From the NCBI RefSeq assembly GCF_009914755.1, contig NC_060937.1: 64,000 nucleotides of DNA; one strand, written 5' to 3'. Positions 1 to 13,628 of the stretch are shown here, in pieces. This stretch comes from the human T2T-CHM13v2.0 reference genome, Homo sapiens. Positions within the stretch are counted from its first letter, which is position 1, and the number at the start of each line of letters is the position of its first letter. The position numbers and the translations under genes were made by a program. The notes beneath the pieces are model-generated. The model was not told where the DNA came from, searched no databases, and saw only the letters and a program-made list of their open reading frames with translations.

Positions 1-229
1 CTTTCTGTCTTCAGGTACCACACCATTTTTGTTCACCAATTTGAAGAAAAAATTCTTAAAGGAGTTGAGAGTTGCCTTTACTTCTTTTCCTCCTGTTCTC
101 TCAAATCTTAGCACTGGTTTAAACCATCATTATATCTTGTATGGAGTATTGTAGTAGCCTTCAAATTATTTATCCAATTTGTATCAAAATAGTCTATGTA
201 GTATTTCAGCATAGTAGCCTGAAAGTTAC

Positions 230-1000
230 TATTAAAATGTCCGTGACTTTATGTCACCCCTCTGCTTAAAATCCTCCAATATCTTCCAATTTCTCTCAGA
301 GCAAATGTTGCATCTTCCCAGTGTCCTGTAAGGTTCTAAGTAACCGTGCCTCAAATACCAATGACTTCATCTCCTAACACGTTCACTTTTCTTTTATTTT
401 AGCTTTATGCTTCCACTTCAAGCATGCCAGGCATACACCCATCTCAGAGACTTTGCATTTTCTCTCTTTTTATTCTGAAATGCTATTTCCTGTATATAAT
501 TCCTTTCTTATTTCAGGGATCCTCTTAAATGTATCTTTGTAGGAAGACCTGCCGTAGCAAACCTACTTAATATTGCATAGTAACTTCAATTCTTCCTCAT
601 TCTCATTCTAATCTAGTCGTACCAGCATTCGAACTGTTTCCAAATACACCAATTACAATTCTACTTCAGCAGCTATTTACTTAATATTCCTTATGCATAG
701 AATGTTTTTCTCCTAGACATACAGTTGGCCTTCTTATTCTGTTTGAGTCTTTCTTCAAATGCCATTTCTTAGTAAATTATTTCCTGATGTTCCTATATGA
801 AGTTCCTCTCTCCTTTTTACACTTGGTATCCTCTTTCTTATTTTATTATAATTAATTGAATGTTTCAAATATAAAACTTATTATTTTTACTGGCTTCCTA
901 CCTATGCCCTCCTAATGAAACAAGACTTTTATGATAGCTTGAATGTTTACTTTGTTTAATACATGAGCATGTAGTAGACAGTAGGTTAATATCCACATGT
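230..1000 (+). mobile_element. L2 LINE 3' fragments, highly diverged
   Basis: L2-like motifs 'ctctgcttaaaatcctccaat', 'caagcatgccaggcatacacccatctcagagactttgca' and a terminal 'gtagtagacagtagg'. Boundaries approximate. Confidence 0.55.
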
Positions 1001-1266
1001 AGTATGAAAGTTAGTGTTTAATATCGGATAGTTTTAAGTACTATGGAGAAATAAAGATGGCTAAGTGGGAAAGCTGTTATGGCGGCGTGTGCCTACTTTT
1101 CATAATATTGTCAGGGAAAAGATCAATGATGGGATGACACATAAATGAAGAAGCAGGGTGACAGAGCAAGCTGGGGGGGAAGGGTTTCAGACATAAGAAA
1201 AATAGCCCATGCAGATCCCCATGAAAGGAGAATTTTTGGCATAATATAGGAACTCAGGTAGACTAG

Positions 1267-1893
1267 TGATTCAGGAGATAGAATGAAATTATTTAGGCCG
1301 ATAGTGAGGGCAAAAGAGTCCTCAGCAAAACTTCCATCCCAGTATAACGCAGCCCAAGAAATCATTTCTTTGCTAACAAAGAGCAGCCTGAGAGATGGAG
1401 CTGCAAACATACATAAGGAAGCTGGAAGCTTGCACAGGGGAATGCCGGCAGCTGCACCAATAGAAAAGGGCTCCCCCGGGGTCAGGAATGTCCAACATGG
1501 AAGCTCTATCTTTTCTTTTTTGTTAGCACGTGTGCAGTAAGAAGGAAATGGGCAACATGGAGAAGCTCAGGCCGAGAATCCATCTGCATAATAAAAGATT
1601 GGGGTGGGGAGATTTGCATCCTATGTAGATGGCACACCTGGTCATAACTGGTATTTCACACCCTATATAGATCAGACACCACTTCCCCACTAGCTCATCT
1701 ATAAAATCCACTTCATTTCACTGCGGATCGCCAATCCACTTTTCCAGGACCTCCTATATAGCAGAGAGCTATCCTTTCTTTCGCCTATTAAATTGTGGCT
1801 CATAACCTCACTCTTTGTGTGTCCATGTACTTAATCTCCATGGCCGTGAGACAATGAACCTCGGGTGTCACCCCAGACAAGGAGGTCACTTTG
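1267..1893 (+). mobile_element. ERV1-class solo LTR (LTR27/LTR28/MER61-like group)
   Basis: Starts with TG; characteristic 'atttaggccgatagtgaggg...ctaacaaagagcagcctg...gctggaagcttgcac'. TATA-like 'tctataaaa' at ~1699 and poly(A)-signal-like 'attaaa' at ~1787. 4-bp TSD CTAG at 1263-1266 and 1894-1897. Confidence 0.85.
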
Positions 1894-2508
1894 CTAGTGT
1901 ATCTGCATCAGAGTGAACCCTGAGAAAATAGGAAATAAGGAAATAAGGTCAGAGGGGAAATGGGGCCCGTTCATATACACAGTTAAGTTATTAAAAGAAC
2001 ATTGGATTTGCTTACAAGTGATTGTAATTACATTAAAGTGTTTTGAGCAGAGTGATGGCATAATCCAATTTACATCTTGCAAATGATCTTTCTGGCTGAA
2101 GGGGGAAGGGTTGGTTGGGATAAAAGAGTGAGATCAGTGAAAAGGCTACTGCCATAAAAGGGGTGTTTGTAGCTTGGCCAGGGTGGTAGCATTAAAGGTG
2201 ACAGGAACTGCTTAGGTTCTAGTTATGATTTTAAGATAGCGGTAACAACATTTTCTGATTGACTGAATGTGGAGCTTGAGAGAAAGTTGGTCTTCAAGGA
2301 TGATTCAGTGTTGGATAGGTTGAGTTGGAATAGTCTATTTGACATCCAATTTGCAAGTTAAGGGGAGAAATCTAGAGTAGAGAATATGTATGAATTAGCT
2401 ATTTTTATTTAATCCACTTTAAGTTTAAAGTAAAAGAGATGAGGAGCAAGAATGAAAACAATTAATATGAGAAATAGATGAGAAACCAATAGAAAGTATT
2501 GTCCTGGT

Positions 2509-2811
<303 letters not shown>

Positions 2812-5050
2812 AGAAAGTATTGTCCTGGTAAAAACAAAGAACTATTTAAAGAAATGAGTATGCCACATGACAATGATAGATCAAGTGACATGAAAGCTGA
2901 AAATTGGTCATTGGTTTTATGAGTAGGGAAATTACTGGAGATCAAATCAAAAATCACTGATTGCACTCAGAGAAAGTATAGCTTGCAACGTTTCTGAATG
3001 TCTATGACTAACGTGCAGTAGCTATTACAGCAGAACATCTATCCTCCATTCATAATTCTCCATAAACCGACAACACACATTATAACCTGATTATGACCTT
3101 GCAATTAAGAAATGTGAATATAATGATATTAAATTTTTCATTTAATTGAGAGAGGGACTTTCACAAGAATTGGTACTCTTGGAATCCATAGCATTATATG
3201 AGGTCTGATAGAAAGAATCGAAAATATTTTTAAGCCTGAGGGTGAAGGCCTAATATTTTAAAGCCAGATATAATTTCTCAGGTTGCATAATGATATCAGT
3301 TTACTAAAAATAAATAAATAAACCTTAGGTATCTGAATTCTCTAAGTTCTTTACAATGTCTTGGTATTATCAAAATGTACTGGGCCTGCCAGAGAGAAAT
3401 TATTTGATTTGGCTATACCAGGTCTGAAATGTTATAAATGCTCTCTACCTTAAGAAATTTAGTGAGACCATAATTTATTTTATAGACATCTCTTATTTAT
3501 TGTTCTAGGATATTAATGGAAGATAGCTTAGATATAGAAGAGAAATACAAAAAATCAACAACACTTTATTTCTCTTGACAGACATTAATCTGTGTTAAAT
3601 TTCCATGCAAGGTATTACAAAATTAAGACAAACTTAAGCTATTATAGAAGGAGCATAATTTTAGCCATTTACACCTGGCATTATAAAATACGATGTAATA
3701 TCATTTTGCAAGCAGTAAGATATAATATCCAATCAGAAACTAATTAGAAATATAGTATTTTATCAACTATATCTTCTGTCATTTCAGCTTCCTTTTGAAT
3801 CAGAATTGTCTAAAATTAAGATATCTTAAATATTTTAGATGAATGATCTGTCCTCCTGGCAGAATTAATATAAAAATAAAAATGATTTGCAAAGGGAAAG
3901 CTTTGAAAAGTTTAATAACCTATATTTAAAATGTAGCAAGACTTTTAGTACTTTCATCAATTTTGATATTAAAGTCTTCCCAGTCATTTCTCAAACTATA
4001 ATAATGTGTCCTTAAATAATGACTTTCAACTTTAAAATGTTGGTGATGATCTTTGTATGAGAACAAGTATGTATTTATGAACTTTAGTTACCCAGTGAAA
4101 CTCATGAATAAGTTTAACACTGTGTTTAGAGAATGATTTACTTTATAAGTTAATCTGGTGTCAGACATGTTGAAATTATAGGAATACCTTTTAAAAAAGT
4201 CACGTACACTACAGCTTGGTTTGTGAGTCACCAGTTTGTGGCACTGCAGAAAGCTACATTAAATAGAATTGATTCTGAGTGGTTGGATGAAACTAATTTG
4301 TATAGTTATTTATTTTATTAATATTTTAAAGTAGACTTTAATATATTGTTGTAAATTAAATTTATTTTCTATTTTTCAACCAGTCAATGTTTTAGAAATA
4401 ATATTTATATTTGACTTAGAAATAAAAACTTTAAAATCACATAGAATTAGGTATTTTTTGTTTATTTATTTATTTACATTTAACATCTGATTCCAGAAAT
4501 TAATACTATGAGGAAGTATGACTTAAGGAGAGTGATAGGACATTATTTCAATGCAATGTTTTATTCACCTAAAATTATATATAATTCATCTAATTTTACC
4601 CATAAATAAAATTCTATTATAAAAAAGTTTTCTCAATTGTTATTAATGCCAGTTATTGTAATAAGGTAAGAACACCTCAAACATTCCAAATATATTTTAA
4701 TGTAACTTTGTTAAATCAAAATATGAGAAAAATATTTATGTTCACATAAGGTAAACAAAATAATAAACATACCAATTTATACATGATTAATATACTAAGT
4801 ACTAATGACTACTAATGTATTCTAGTTGTAAGAATTTAGAATATATTATATAATAATTTATAGTTTAAGTATCAATAGTTTATAACTAATTTATAGTTTA
4901 AATATTATTTTATTTTATAAATAAGTAATATGGTTCAATTAAGCTGTATGATCATGTTTACCTGGTTTTTCACAATAGGTTATTATAGCATATGTTCTTA
5001 GAAAATCAAAACACTAAATGTATATTATAACTGAAATGTATGAGCAGGAC

Positions 5051-5590
5051 TGTGATGGTTACTTTTGGGTGTCCACTTGACTGGATGAAGGCACACCTAG
5101 ATAGCTGGTAAAGCATTATATCTGGGTATGTCTGTGAGGTGTTTCCAAAAGAGACTGGCATTTGGCTCAGTGGACTGAGTAAAGAGGATCTATCCTGACC
5201 TAGTGTGGATGGGTACCATCTAATCAGCTGAGGGCCCAGATAAAACAAAAGGAAAAGGAAAGTTGGATTATCTTTCTCTTCTGAAGCTGTGACACTCTTT
5301 TCTCCTGCCCTTGGATATCAAAACTCCAGGTTCTTGGCTTTCAGAGACTGGGACTTGTACCAGTATTCCCACAGTTTCTCAGGACTTTAGTCTTGTACTT
5401 AGAGTTGCACCTTTGGCTTCCCTGGTTCTGGGGCTTTTGAGTTTGGACTAACTGATGCTACCAGCTTCCCTGATTCTTCAGCTTGCAGATGGCTTATTGT
5501 GGGGCTTCTCAACATCCATAATTAGATGAGATAATTCCACTAATAAATCCCCTCACATCTCTCTCTTTCTAGAGAACCCTAACTAACACA
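5051..5590 (+). mobile_element. MLT2 (ERVL) solo LTR, MLT2B-like
   Basis: Start 'tgtgatggtt...gtccacttgactggat', 'aataaa' near 5542, end 'gagaaccctaactaacaca'. 5-bp TSD aggac/aggat. Confidence 0.9.
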
Positions 5591-7809
5591 AGGATCTATT
5601 CCTATTATTAATAGAGTTTAAACTTGAAAACAGAAATGATTATTTTGCTTTGATAACTCAAAGCTATAAAGGTTCACTGGAAATTTTCAATTTTTTAAAA
5701 TATAGGGAATCAAATAAATTACTTCATCGTACTTTGGTGTTTCATATGCGTCAATATTAGCTGGCACTGTAGTGAATCAGTCTAATCTCAATGTTTGGCT
5801 AAATTATACTGAATTCCAGGCATAAAACTTTTCCCTGTATTTGGACCTGGGGTGCTTTTCTCTAGTGGATTAACCATTGTAGCCAGGATCCTATGAGTAT
5901 GCATCTGAGAAGATGGGATGAGGGAGTTCAGGAAATAAAGGAAGTTGGTAAAGAGGATTCTCAAAAGACTGACTGACAGTACCCTCAAACTGGGTATCTG
6001 TGCCAAAAATCTTACCCACTACTACAGAGGAAAGATAATTGGCTAACTAGTTTAAAACCATGGAAACTTGATAAGAGTTAGAGAAACTCAACTAACCCTT
6101 GAAAGATGAAAATTCTAGAGATGAATGTCTTACAAAGATGATTTTTCACATTATTGGGACCCTAGCTGGCTTGAAATGGCCTTGAGAAAGGCTTGGCTTT
6201 CTATGTTTTTCTGCTGTGTACATGCGCCAAAGGTCGTGGTGAGTTTTTGTTGTTGCCTGCGTCATTGTCAATCATATTACTTGATTGCTCTTATTTCTTC
6301 CATCTAAGGACATAGGTATACATTTGTTTTGCTTCTTTTTAAAACATTTTAATGAAATAAGATGGGGAGGAAAAGAGGAGAAAAGAGAACAAAATGAATG
6401 CAAGTGATTATCTTTTTTATTTCTCAGAATAGTACTTTTAAAATGACTTATTTTAGCAAACTAAAAGATGATGTCTGACTACTGAGGAATAATACAAATC
6501 ACTGACAGCTTCTTTCATTTAAGTTAATAACTGTAATCCACAATTTGTATAAACATTTTTCATTGAAATTGGAATGTCCCTCTGCCATAGATAATGAGTA
6601 TGTTTCCTTTATTTCACTTCAGTATTTTCCGAAGAACATCATTTTACATATCACTAAATAGAAGCTATGTCTCCACTTTTGAAAACCCTCAGACACTCAA
6701 AAGAAAACTTTAAAATGACAGGGAAGAAATATTAATAAAACATGCATTGAAAACAGATTGCACTTTTATATTAGTAAATGTAAGTTAAAATTTACACAAG
6801 ACAGTACCACGGATAAAGAAGACAGAGTATACAATGACCATGGTTTTACCTTTTTCTAAAGCAGTTTTTTTAAATGTCTCAGCCTAGACTATATCGTTAT
6901 CTCTTTTATTTACATAGTGACCTTACTTGGATAAAGTTCATAGAACTATGTTAAATAAGTGTTTTCATATAATAAAAGCACCGTTCAACATTGCAACTTA
7001 AAAATTAGAAAAGATGATAAGTAAAAAGTCAGGAAATTTATTTTATATTACTATTAAAAACAATCTCTAACTTGTATTTAAAACAAAATTATTGAAAATA
7101 CAATTTAAATTTTAATGTACAACATTATAAATTTAGCACATTAATCAGATACAACAGATTAATGTTTGTATTTGGAATTACCTAAAAACTAACTATTGAA
7201 TTAAAGAATCAGTAAGATGATGACCCCAGTCATTTTTGAAAATGTATACCAAGATTACTTCAAATAAAAAAATTATCAAAAAGAGTAAATATATAATTAA
7301 AAATGGTTACTAATATGCTGGGATGCACCTTATTATTAAATCACTAACATTTAAATATTACCTCTTGCATATAATTGATCTCCTACATATATATTTTTTT
7401 CACAGGTAACCAAAGAATTTGAATAACCTGGTCAATTGCCTTATGTGCTAAAGACCATCATCTTGTGGTTGTTATTTATTTCTTTACTTTGCACTTAACA
7501 CTTTTACCACAGCAACTAATACATTCCTTTACCAGCAATTATTGCAGTTGGAAGCAAAATTAACTCCTTCAAGTCATTGTGTTGCCAAATGACATACTCA
7601 AGGGATATTGTCTCCAGAAACTATTGCATTTTCTTTGAACCACACTTTGACCCAAATAAATAAATACGTGTATTTTTGTTTTCATTTGCAACAAGTAGAT
7701 ATCCCTGGTTAGATATCCAATAGAGCAACTAAAATATTCATATTTTGGATAGTGGAAGGGATAATATCTTTTCATATACTACATGTACTTTCACATTAAA
7801 ATGTTTTTA

Positions 7810-8109
7810 TGCAGAGAATGGTGGCTCATGTCTGTAATCCCAGCATTTTGGGAGGCTGAGGCGGGTGGATCACCTGAGATCAGGAGTTTGAGACCAGCCT
7901 GGCCAACCTGGTGAAACCCCGTCTCTACTAAAAATACAAAAATTAGCCGTGTTTGGTGGTGGACTCCTGTAATCCCAGCTACTTGGGAGGCTGAGGCAGG
8001 GAGAATTGCTGGAACCCAGGAGGCGGAGGTTGCAGTGAGCCGAGATCGTACCACTGTACTCCAGCCTGGGTGACAAAGTGAGACTCTATCTCAAAAAAAA
8101 AAAAAAAAA
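7810..8109 (+). mobile_element. AluS (Sx/Sz-like) SINE
   Basis: Dimeric Alu with A-tail; degenerate TSD aaaatgttttta/aaaaggttttca. Confidence 0.93.
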
Positions 8110-8789
8110 GGTTTTCATTAGTTATTCATATAAAATGCTAAAATATTACATTTTGATTTAAATAATTGGGTAGAAGGAAATAATGTAAATACACTTTGGA
8201 GATGGGAAGATTTCTATTTTGAAACAATTATTATCCTGAAACCTTGAGTCACATATTCATGCAATTATTTCTTATAATTTTATTATAATTATCCAAGTTA
8301 AAGATATTGGATATTCCACATGATGCATGAGTTAAAGAATTATTCCAGAAGGAGATCTTTCCAAAAAGAATCCTTGATAGAACATGAACAGATTGAAAGT
8401 AATCAACACTTTGCAGAATAATCCCCGCTTTTTCACTTTACTTATTCATGGTAGACAGTGAGGTTCTAAGAAAAACTTAGAAACTTAGATAGTTAGAGGT
8501 TAATAACACTTGCTCTGTGCTGATCCTGGCTAAAATTGTGACTTGGGACAGTTATTACTTGTACTTATCTATCAAATTTTGGTTCCCCTCCTCTTTAAAA
8601 TTGTATCTAGAAATGTCATAGCATTGGAGTGTGTACAAGTTTCTGGTGAGGGCCAAGAAAGAAATTGTGATTGTCTTCATTTTGCCTGGTAAATCAAGTG
8701 GATATTTTCTCCCAATCCTTTTAATACTTATTCAAATCAATCTCTCTTTCTCTCACATGCACATACACTGTAGACAGATACTTAGATAT

Positions 8790-9035
8790 TTGCTATGTGT
8801 GTGTATATATATATATAGAGAGAGAGAGAGCATGCTATATATACACACCAAAGTATGTATACATTTCTATATATGTATATTTATTTTAGTATGTATTTTT
8901 GCTATATATATTGACACAACTCTATATACCTGTATCAATATTGATATCAATTTTATATATTTGTATCTATTAACTGTCTATATATATGTATATATGATGT
9001 GTATGTATATGTGTGTGTGGAGAGAGACAGAGAAC
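8790..9035. repeat. Compound (TG)(TA)(GA) microsatellite / TA-rich low complexity
   Basis: 'gtgtgtgtatatatatatatatagagagagagagag' followed by degenerate TA/TG runs. Confidence 0.85.
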
Positions 9036-9823
9036 TATAAATATGTGTTCATAAAATTTTTGTTGAATGAAGAAAAATCCTAGATCTTTTTTTGAGCACA
9101 TTAAATCAAAGTTAAAGAACTTGCTCAGTGATTAGAGCACTGGGAGAGAAAGCATAATTATCTTCTTTTGTGACGAAGTAACCATAATGGCTTGACATGT
9201 GCCCAGGCTTCTGTACTTGCATGGAAGGAGTTAGAGATTAAATGGATCTTTTACATTTTCTGGTGCTTAGAAATATTTTTGTGGTTTTTGACTTTGCCTT
9301 AGAAGAAAATTTTTGTCCAAGAACTCTGCCCATTTATAAGGTTACATTTGAGCCTCTAATGCTGTTGTGCTGTTTTGATGACAGTTGTTCATTTCCAAAT
9401 GTGGCTGTACATTCTTTCTATCTACAATGATTACAACTGAATTGTGCTTACCTGGAACTATCAAAGGACAGAATAAAATATTTATGTTCCAGTGGACAGT
9501 CACTGAGGTGTTTGTCCCAGCAGGGTGATTAGAAACCTTTCTGTGAAAAATACTGATTGTGACACATATCACTATCTCCATCCTTTTTCACCGTCCCCTG
9601 TACTGAAAGGGAAGTGTTGGCTGAAAACTCTTGAGGGTTTGGTTTGAGTTTAGCCATTAGAGATACTTGTAAGACATTTGGAAGACGAAAGAGAGAGGCT
9701 GTCCTTTTAGAGTAGTAGTTGCTGAAAAGTGTGGGCATTAACATATGGAAAAGTTTTTCTCATTACTTTCAAATGTCCTTTTAAGAATCTCCTGTTTCAA
9801 GATTTCAAGCAGCCAAGATTCCC

Positions 9824-10018
9824 TGGCTGAACTGTTTTTCTCCAGTTTGTCTTCTTGCCACTCTTGATACCCACATGAGAGAATGCAAGATATTACTAAA
9901 AGCCTGGAACTCTTGGGGGAAAACAGGAGGCACCATGGACCCCATTCTGCGAAAAACCTGTTTTCCCGTAGAACCTCAGGAATTGACATGAAATAAACCT
10001 TTCTCAAAATATAAGGCT
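9824..10018 (+). repeat. Inverted duplicate of ERV internal segment 11150-11346
   Basis: Manual alignment to the reverse complement of 11150-11346 gives ~10 substitutions plus one 2-bp indel over ~195 bp. Confidence 0.95.
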
Positions 10019-10222
10019 CCAGAATGGAGCATCCAGAATCCCTGGGTGTCATCCTGGAGGCAGTCTCTTTGGTTTTGCAGGAAGCTAAGATCACTAGTTG
10101 TAGCCTCTATGACCCTGTATTTTCTATTACTTCTACAACCTTCCAATGGTAATTGTCTCTAATCACCTTATTAAAACTCATTTTATCATAAAACAAATAA
10201 CAGCAATAAAAAACTTGAGAGA

Positions 10223-10293
10223 TGCACTCGGTTGGATAGTGTCCCCTGCAAAATTTATGTTATTTCATGAACCTCAGAATGAGACCCTGTTTG
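10223..10293 (+). mobile_element. MLT1B/C (MaLR) LTR, 5' part (split by provirus)
   Basis: 'ggttggatagtgtcccctgcaaaatttatgt...gaacctcagaatgagaccctgtttg', continuing at 14356. Confidence 0.85.
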
Positions 10294-13200
10294 TGTAACC
10301 TCTCAATGGGGTCTCTGGGAGTTATCTAGAATCTAATGCTCCACAATTGTTAAATTGAACAATTTTCAAAAGACAAAGAAGGCAAATTTTATATTTGACC
10401 TTAATTTAGACCAAATGTTCAAATTTTGAAGACATTTTCATTTTACCAATAATCTTTAAAGTTGTCTTTATTTCCGAAAGATTACTAAAGTCACATGAAC
10501 AAAAAATCATCAGTTTCTACTTTTCTGACATAATATGATTTAAGTGTTTATTTTTCTGATCCAATTAATCAGATATCTTTTATATAAACATCATACATAC
10601 AACTCATATAAGTATACAGACAGACAGAAGATCCAGTAGTTGTTAAGATTTTTCTTTTGCTAGTTTCTTAATTAGATTACTGGTTTCAGGGTGGAGCCCT
10701 TGGAGGAACAGAACCAGGAAAGCTTGCAGTATCTAGAGCCTAATAAGCAGGCACAGCTAGAAGGCAAAAAAGAGATCCCCCAAATTAAGAGTGCCATTTT
10801 ATATTGGATCTTGGATCCCCAAAATAGAGGGAAATACTATGGGAAGAGATAGTGCAGTGCTTCTACCATGCATTTCATTGCAAGGCAACCCAAAGCCAAT
10901 CAGCCCCATCCCCCATGGGTCTCATCTCTCAGCAGGGGGTAGGGATACTTCCATATCTTCCAGGTGGCCAAGAACATGCTTCTCTAATCCAAGTGTGCAA
11001 AGAGGCAAGTATTTCTCCACAATTGCCTTAGCCATCCTGTAAAGTATATTTCCTCCCTAGTTATTTACACACCAAGGCTAATACACACAGTAATTTTTGA
11101 TACTCACAAAAGTCAAAATTGTCAGCTAACACAAGACAAAACAGAACAAAGTCTTAGATTTTGAGAAAGGTTTATTTCATGTCAATTCCTGGGGTTCTAT
11201 GGGAAAACAGAGGTTTTTCGCAGAATGGGGTCCATGGTGCCTCCTGTTTTCCCCCAGAAGTTACAGGCTATTAGTAATATCTTGCATTCTCTCATGTGGG
11301 TATCAAGAGTGGCAAGAAGACAAAATGGAGAAAAACAGTTCAGTCAACTGAGAAGGAAATTTTTTAATTAGAAAAACATGATTCAGGAATAGAAGAAAGA
11401 TAAAGCCCTTTTAAATATATATGGTTTGGATATCTGTTTTTAATTAAGCCAATTTTAACCACAGAGTTATTTTGTTAAAAACAGAAAATCTTAAAAACAT
11501 CTCTTATTACCACACTCCAGCCACGACAGCCAATATGTCTGGCCTTTGAATTCTACCCTAGTTAACCTCCTACATGAAATTAGTAAGTTTTAATTAAGGT
11601 TATAACTTAACCATAGATGCATAAGGTATTTTAAAATTACGGTAAGCAGTTTTGTTTTTTTTTGTTGTTGTTGTTGTTTTGTTTTTTTTTTTTTACAAGA
11701 TTTAGAAACTCCCCAAAGGGAGTTCAGAGAAAGGAGAATTCAAGACAGGAAGTCAAAAGCTATCCATGGGGGTTGTAGGGGGGCAACCTCAATAAATGGC
11801 AGTTACAGAAATAACAAGCCAGAAAGGAATCATTCCAGATGCCAAGAATTGAACCTGGGTCACCACAGGAGATAAAGGCTTAGCTACTGAGTTACACAGC
11901 ATTGAGCAGCTTCGACTGGTTTTCCCAGAAGAAATCTAGAACAGCCAATGTCAAGCTTGCAAAGCCTTTTAACTCCTCAAGAAAATTTTTAGGGCTAAAT
12001 GTGACATGAACCCCAAAATTTCTGTCCTGTGGATGGTAGAGACCAAGATAAAGTGTCTTCACATGGTCACAAGGTTAAGCTCTTAAGGAGCAAAAGCAAG
12101 ACAGAAATGTCATCTGGTATCAGTTTCAGAGACCTGCAGCAAACTTGTAACTGACCAGCCTACTGAGTTGGCTTGAAAAGCAGGCTTATAGGGGTCCTAA
12201 ACTCATGTTCTATCCTATGATACCCCTCTCTCCATTACAGAAAGACAAATTATTAGCACAAAGTGCAACAAATTTGCTACAGCCTAAGACTAGTGTCACA
12301 AATCTTTTTCTTTTTTCACTATTAATCAAACCCTTCCAGAGGAGACACACAGTGAGGCTTATCATTTACCCTCCACGCCCCACCTCTCCCCCCGACACAC
12401 AATGCAGAAAGAGAGAGAGAGACCAGCATCTCGGCTGTAAGAATTTCTTACAGCCAAGCATACCCGGTTTCCGGGTTCCCTTTCTCTGCAGCTTCCAGAA
12501 GATTGGAGCAGGCTTTGATGGCCCTGTTCACTGTGACATAGCTGTGAGGGACCAAGCCCCATTACAAAAGAAAGTCATCTTTCTCTGTTTTATGGAACCA
12601 CAGACAAAAGCTTCTCAATTTCTCAAGATGCTCCCCGACAGGCTGCATGGGAAACCAAATTAACATTTTCCATCCCAGTGGAAGCAAAATACATGTAACC
12701 CAACAGACACTGGTCACCTCATTCAATACCCAACATCGACCTGGCAAGGCTCAAAAACTTTTTCCCATTGGTTCCTGTTGTCTTTGATCCACTCAGAGTG
12801 GGGAGGGGTGACCTCTTTTTGGGAATTCAATGGGTGGTCTCTGAGCAAGATGAAAAGCAGTAACCCTGAATCAGGCTTCTTAAATTTCTTTCAGGACTCA
12901 CAGAATGTGACCAGATAGATAAGGAGAGTTCTCCAAGTTAGGCCTGCTGGACTTCCGCCAGCAATTCCTTCAGATATCCCCTCCACATACACAAACATAC
13001 ACACAAAGACAAGATGGACAGAAGGCCTTCCAAATCAAGATTCCTAACCAAGAACTCCAGAGTATCCCTTCCAAACTACTCACCTATACTTTGTCTGAGA
13101 AATCTCTGTGAAATCTTCCTGATTGAGGAGAAGACTCCCAAACCAAGACTTTTTCTACTCGTTAGGGAAAGCCAACCAAGACCCCCCAGGAGCCAAACCG

Positions 13201-13430
13201 AGACAGACAACCCATGGTGGAGCTATAGACACCCTACAATGGGGCTACAGACATACACCCCATGATAGGGCTACAGAAACAGTCGGCAGACGGAAGGAGG
13301 CATTGGCAGTGCCTAGGATACTCACCAACCCAGACACCCAGAAATGGGGCTACAGACACCCAGAAATGGGGCTACAGACAAACACTTTACCAAGGGGCTA
13401 CAGACAGACCCCCTGTGATAGGGTTACAGT
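13201..13430. repeat. Degenerate minisatellite (GGGGCTACAGAC core, 7 copies) in the ERV leader
   Basis: Cores at ~13219, 13241, 13267, 13346, 13368, 13394 and 13420. Perfect 22-bp unit cagacacccagaaatggggcta at 13331-13352 and 13353-13374. Confidence 0.9.
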
Positions 13431-13628
13431 GATGGGACATCTCCCCAGAACTATTTCTCTATTATAATTAAATTCATGCACATTGGGTTGGCAGCACCCT
13501 GCCAGTAGCAAAAACTACCAGGGTCAGCCCCCAGTCCAAGAGAACTAGACAGCTGCTTGGGCTAATCTCTGAATCCATTGCTGGAGGGGGGCTACTAAAC
13601 CTTGCATGGGCAGGTAGCCACAAGGGCA

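Noticed and set aside
3490-3580. Acceptor-like 'ttattgttctag' followed by ILMEDSLDIEEKYKKSTTLYFS*
   Set aside because: Short, with no recognised homology, no donor and no linked exons.
3982-4247. Possible hAT MITE with ends 'cagtcatttctcaaact' / 'agtttgtggcactg'
   Set aside because: The TIR match is too weak and there is no 8-bp TSD; it cannot be supported without an HMM search.
8631-9083. 150-aa hydrophobic ORF resembling a membrane protein
   Set aside because: Its I/Y/C/V-rich composition comes from TA/TG low-complexity sequence. The same applies to 19038-19235 and 29841-30058.
10019-11149. Idea that the segment between the inverted arms is itself inverted in this haplotype
   Set aside because: The MLT1 5' part is collinear with its 3' part, and the ERV internal sequence keeps the same orientation across 11150.
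13201-13430. Repeat-spacer-like pattern suggestive of a CRISPR array
   Set aside because: The repeats are short and degenerate with related inter-repeat sequence, sit inside an ERV leader in a primate genome, and have no cas genes nearby.
12205-13467. 152-aa, 83-aa and 114-aa plus-strand ORFs in the provirus
   Set aside because: They are antisense to the ERV and partly built from the leader minisatellite, with no gag/pol/env motifs.
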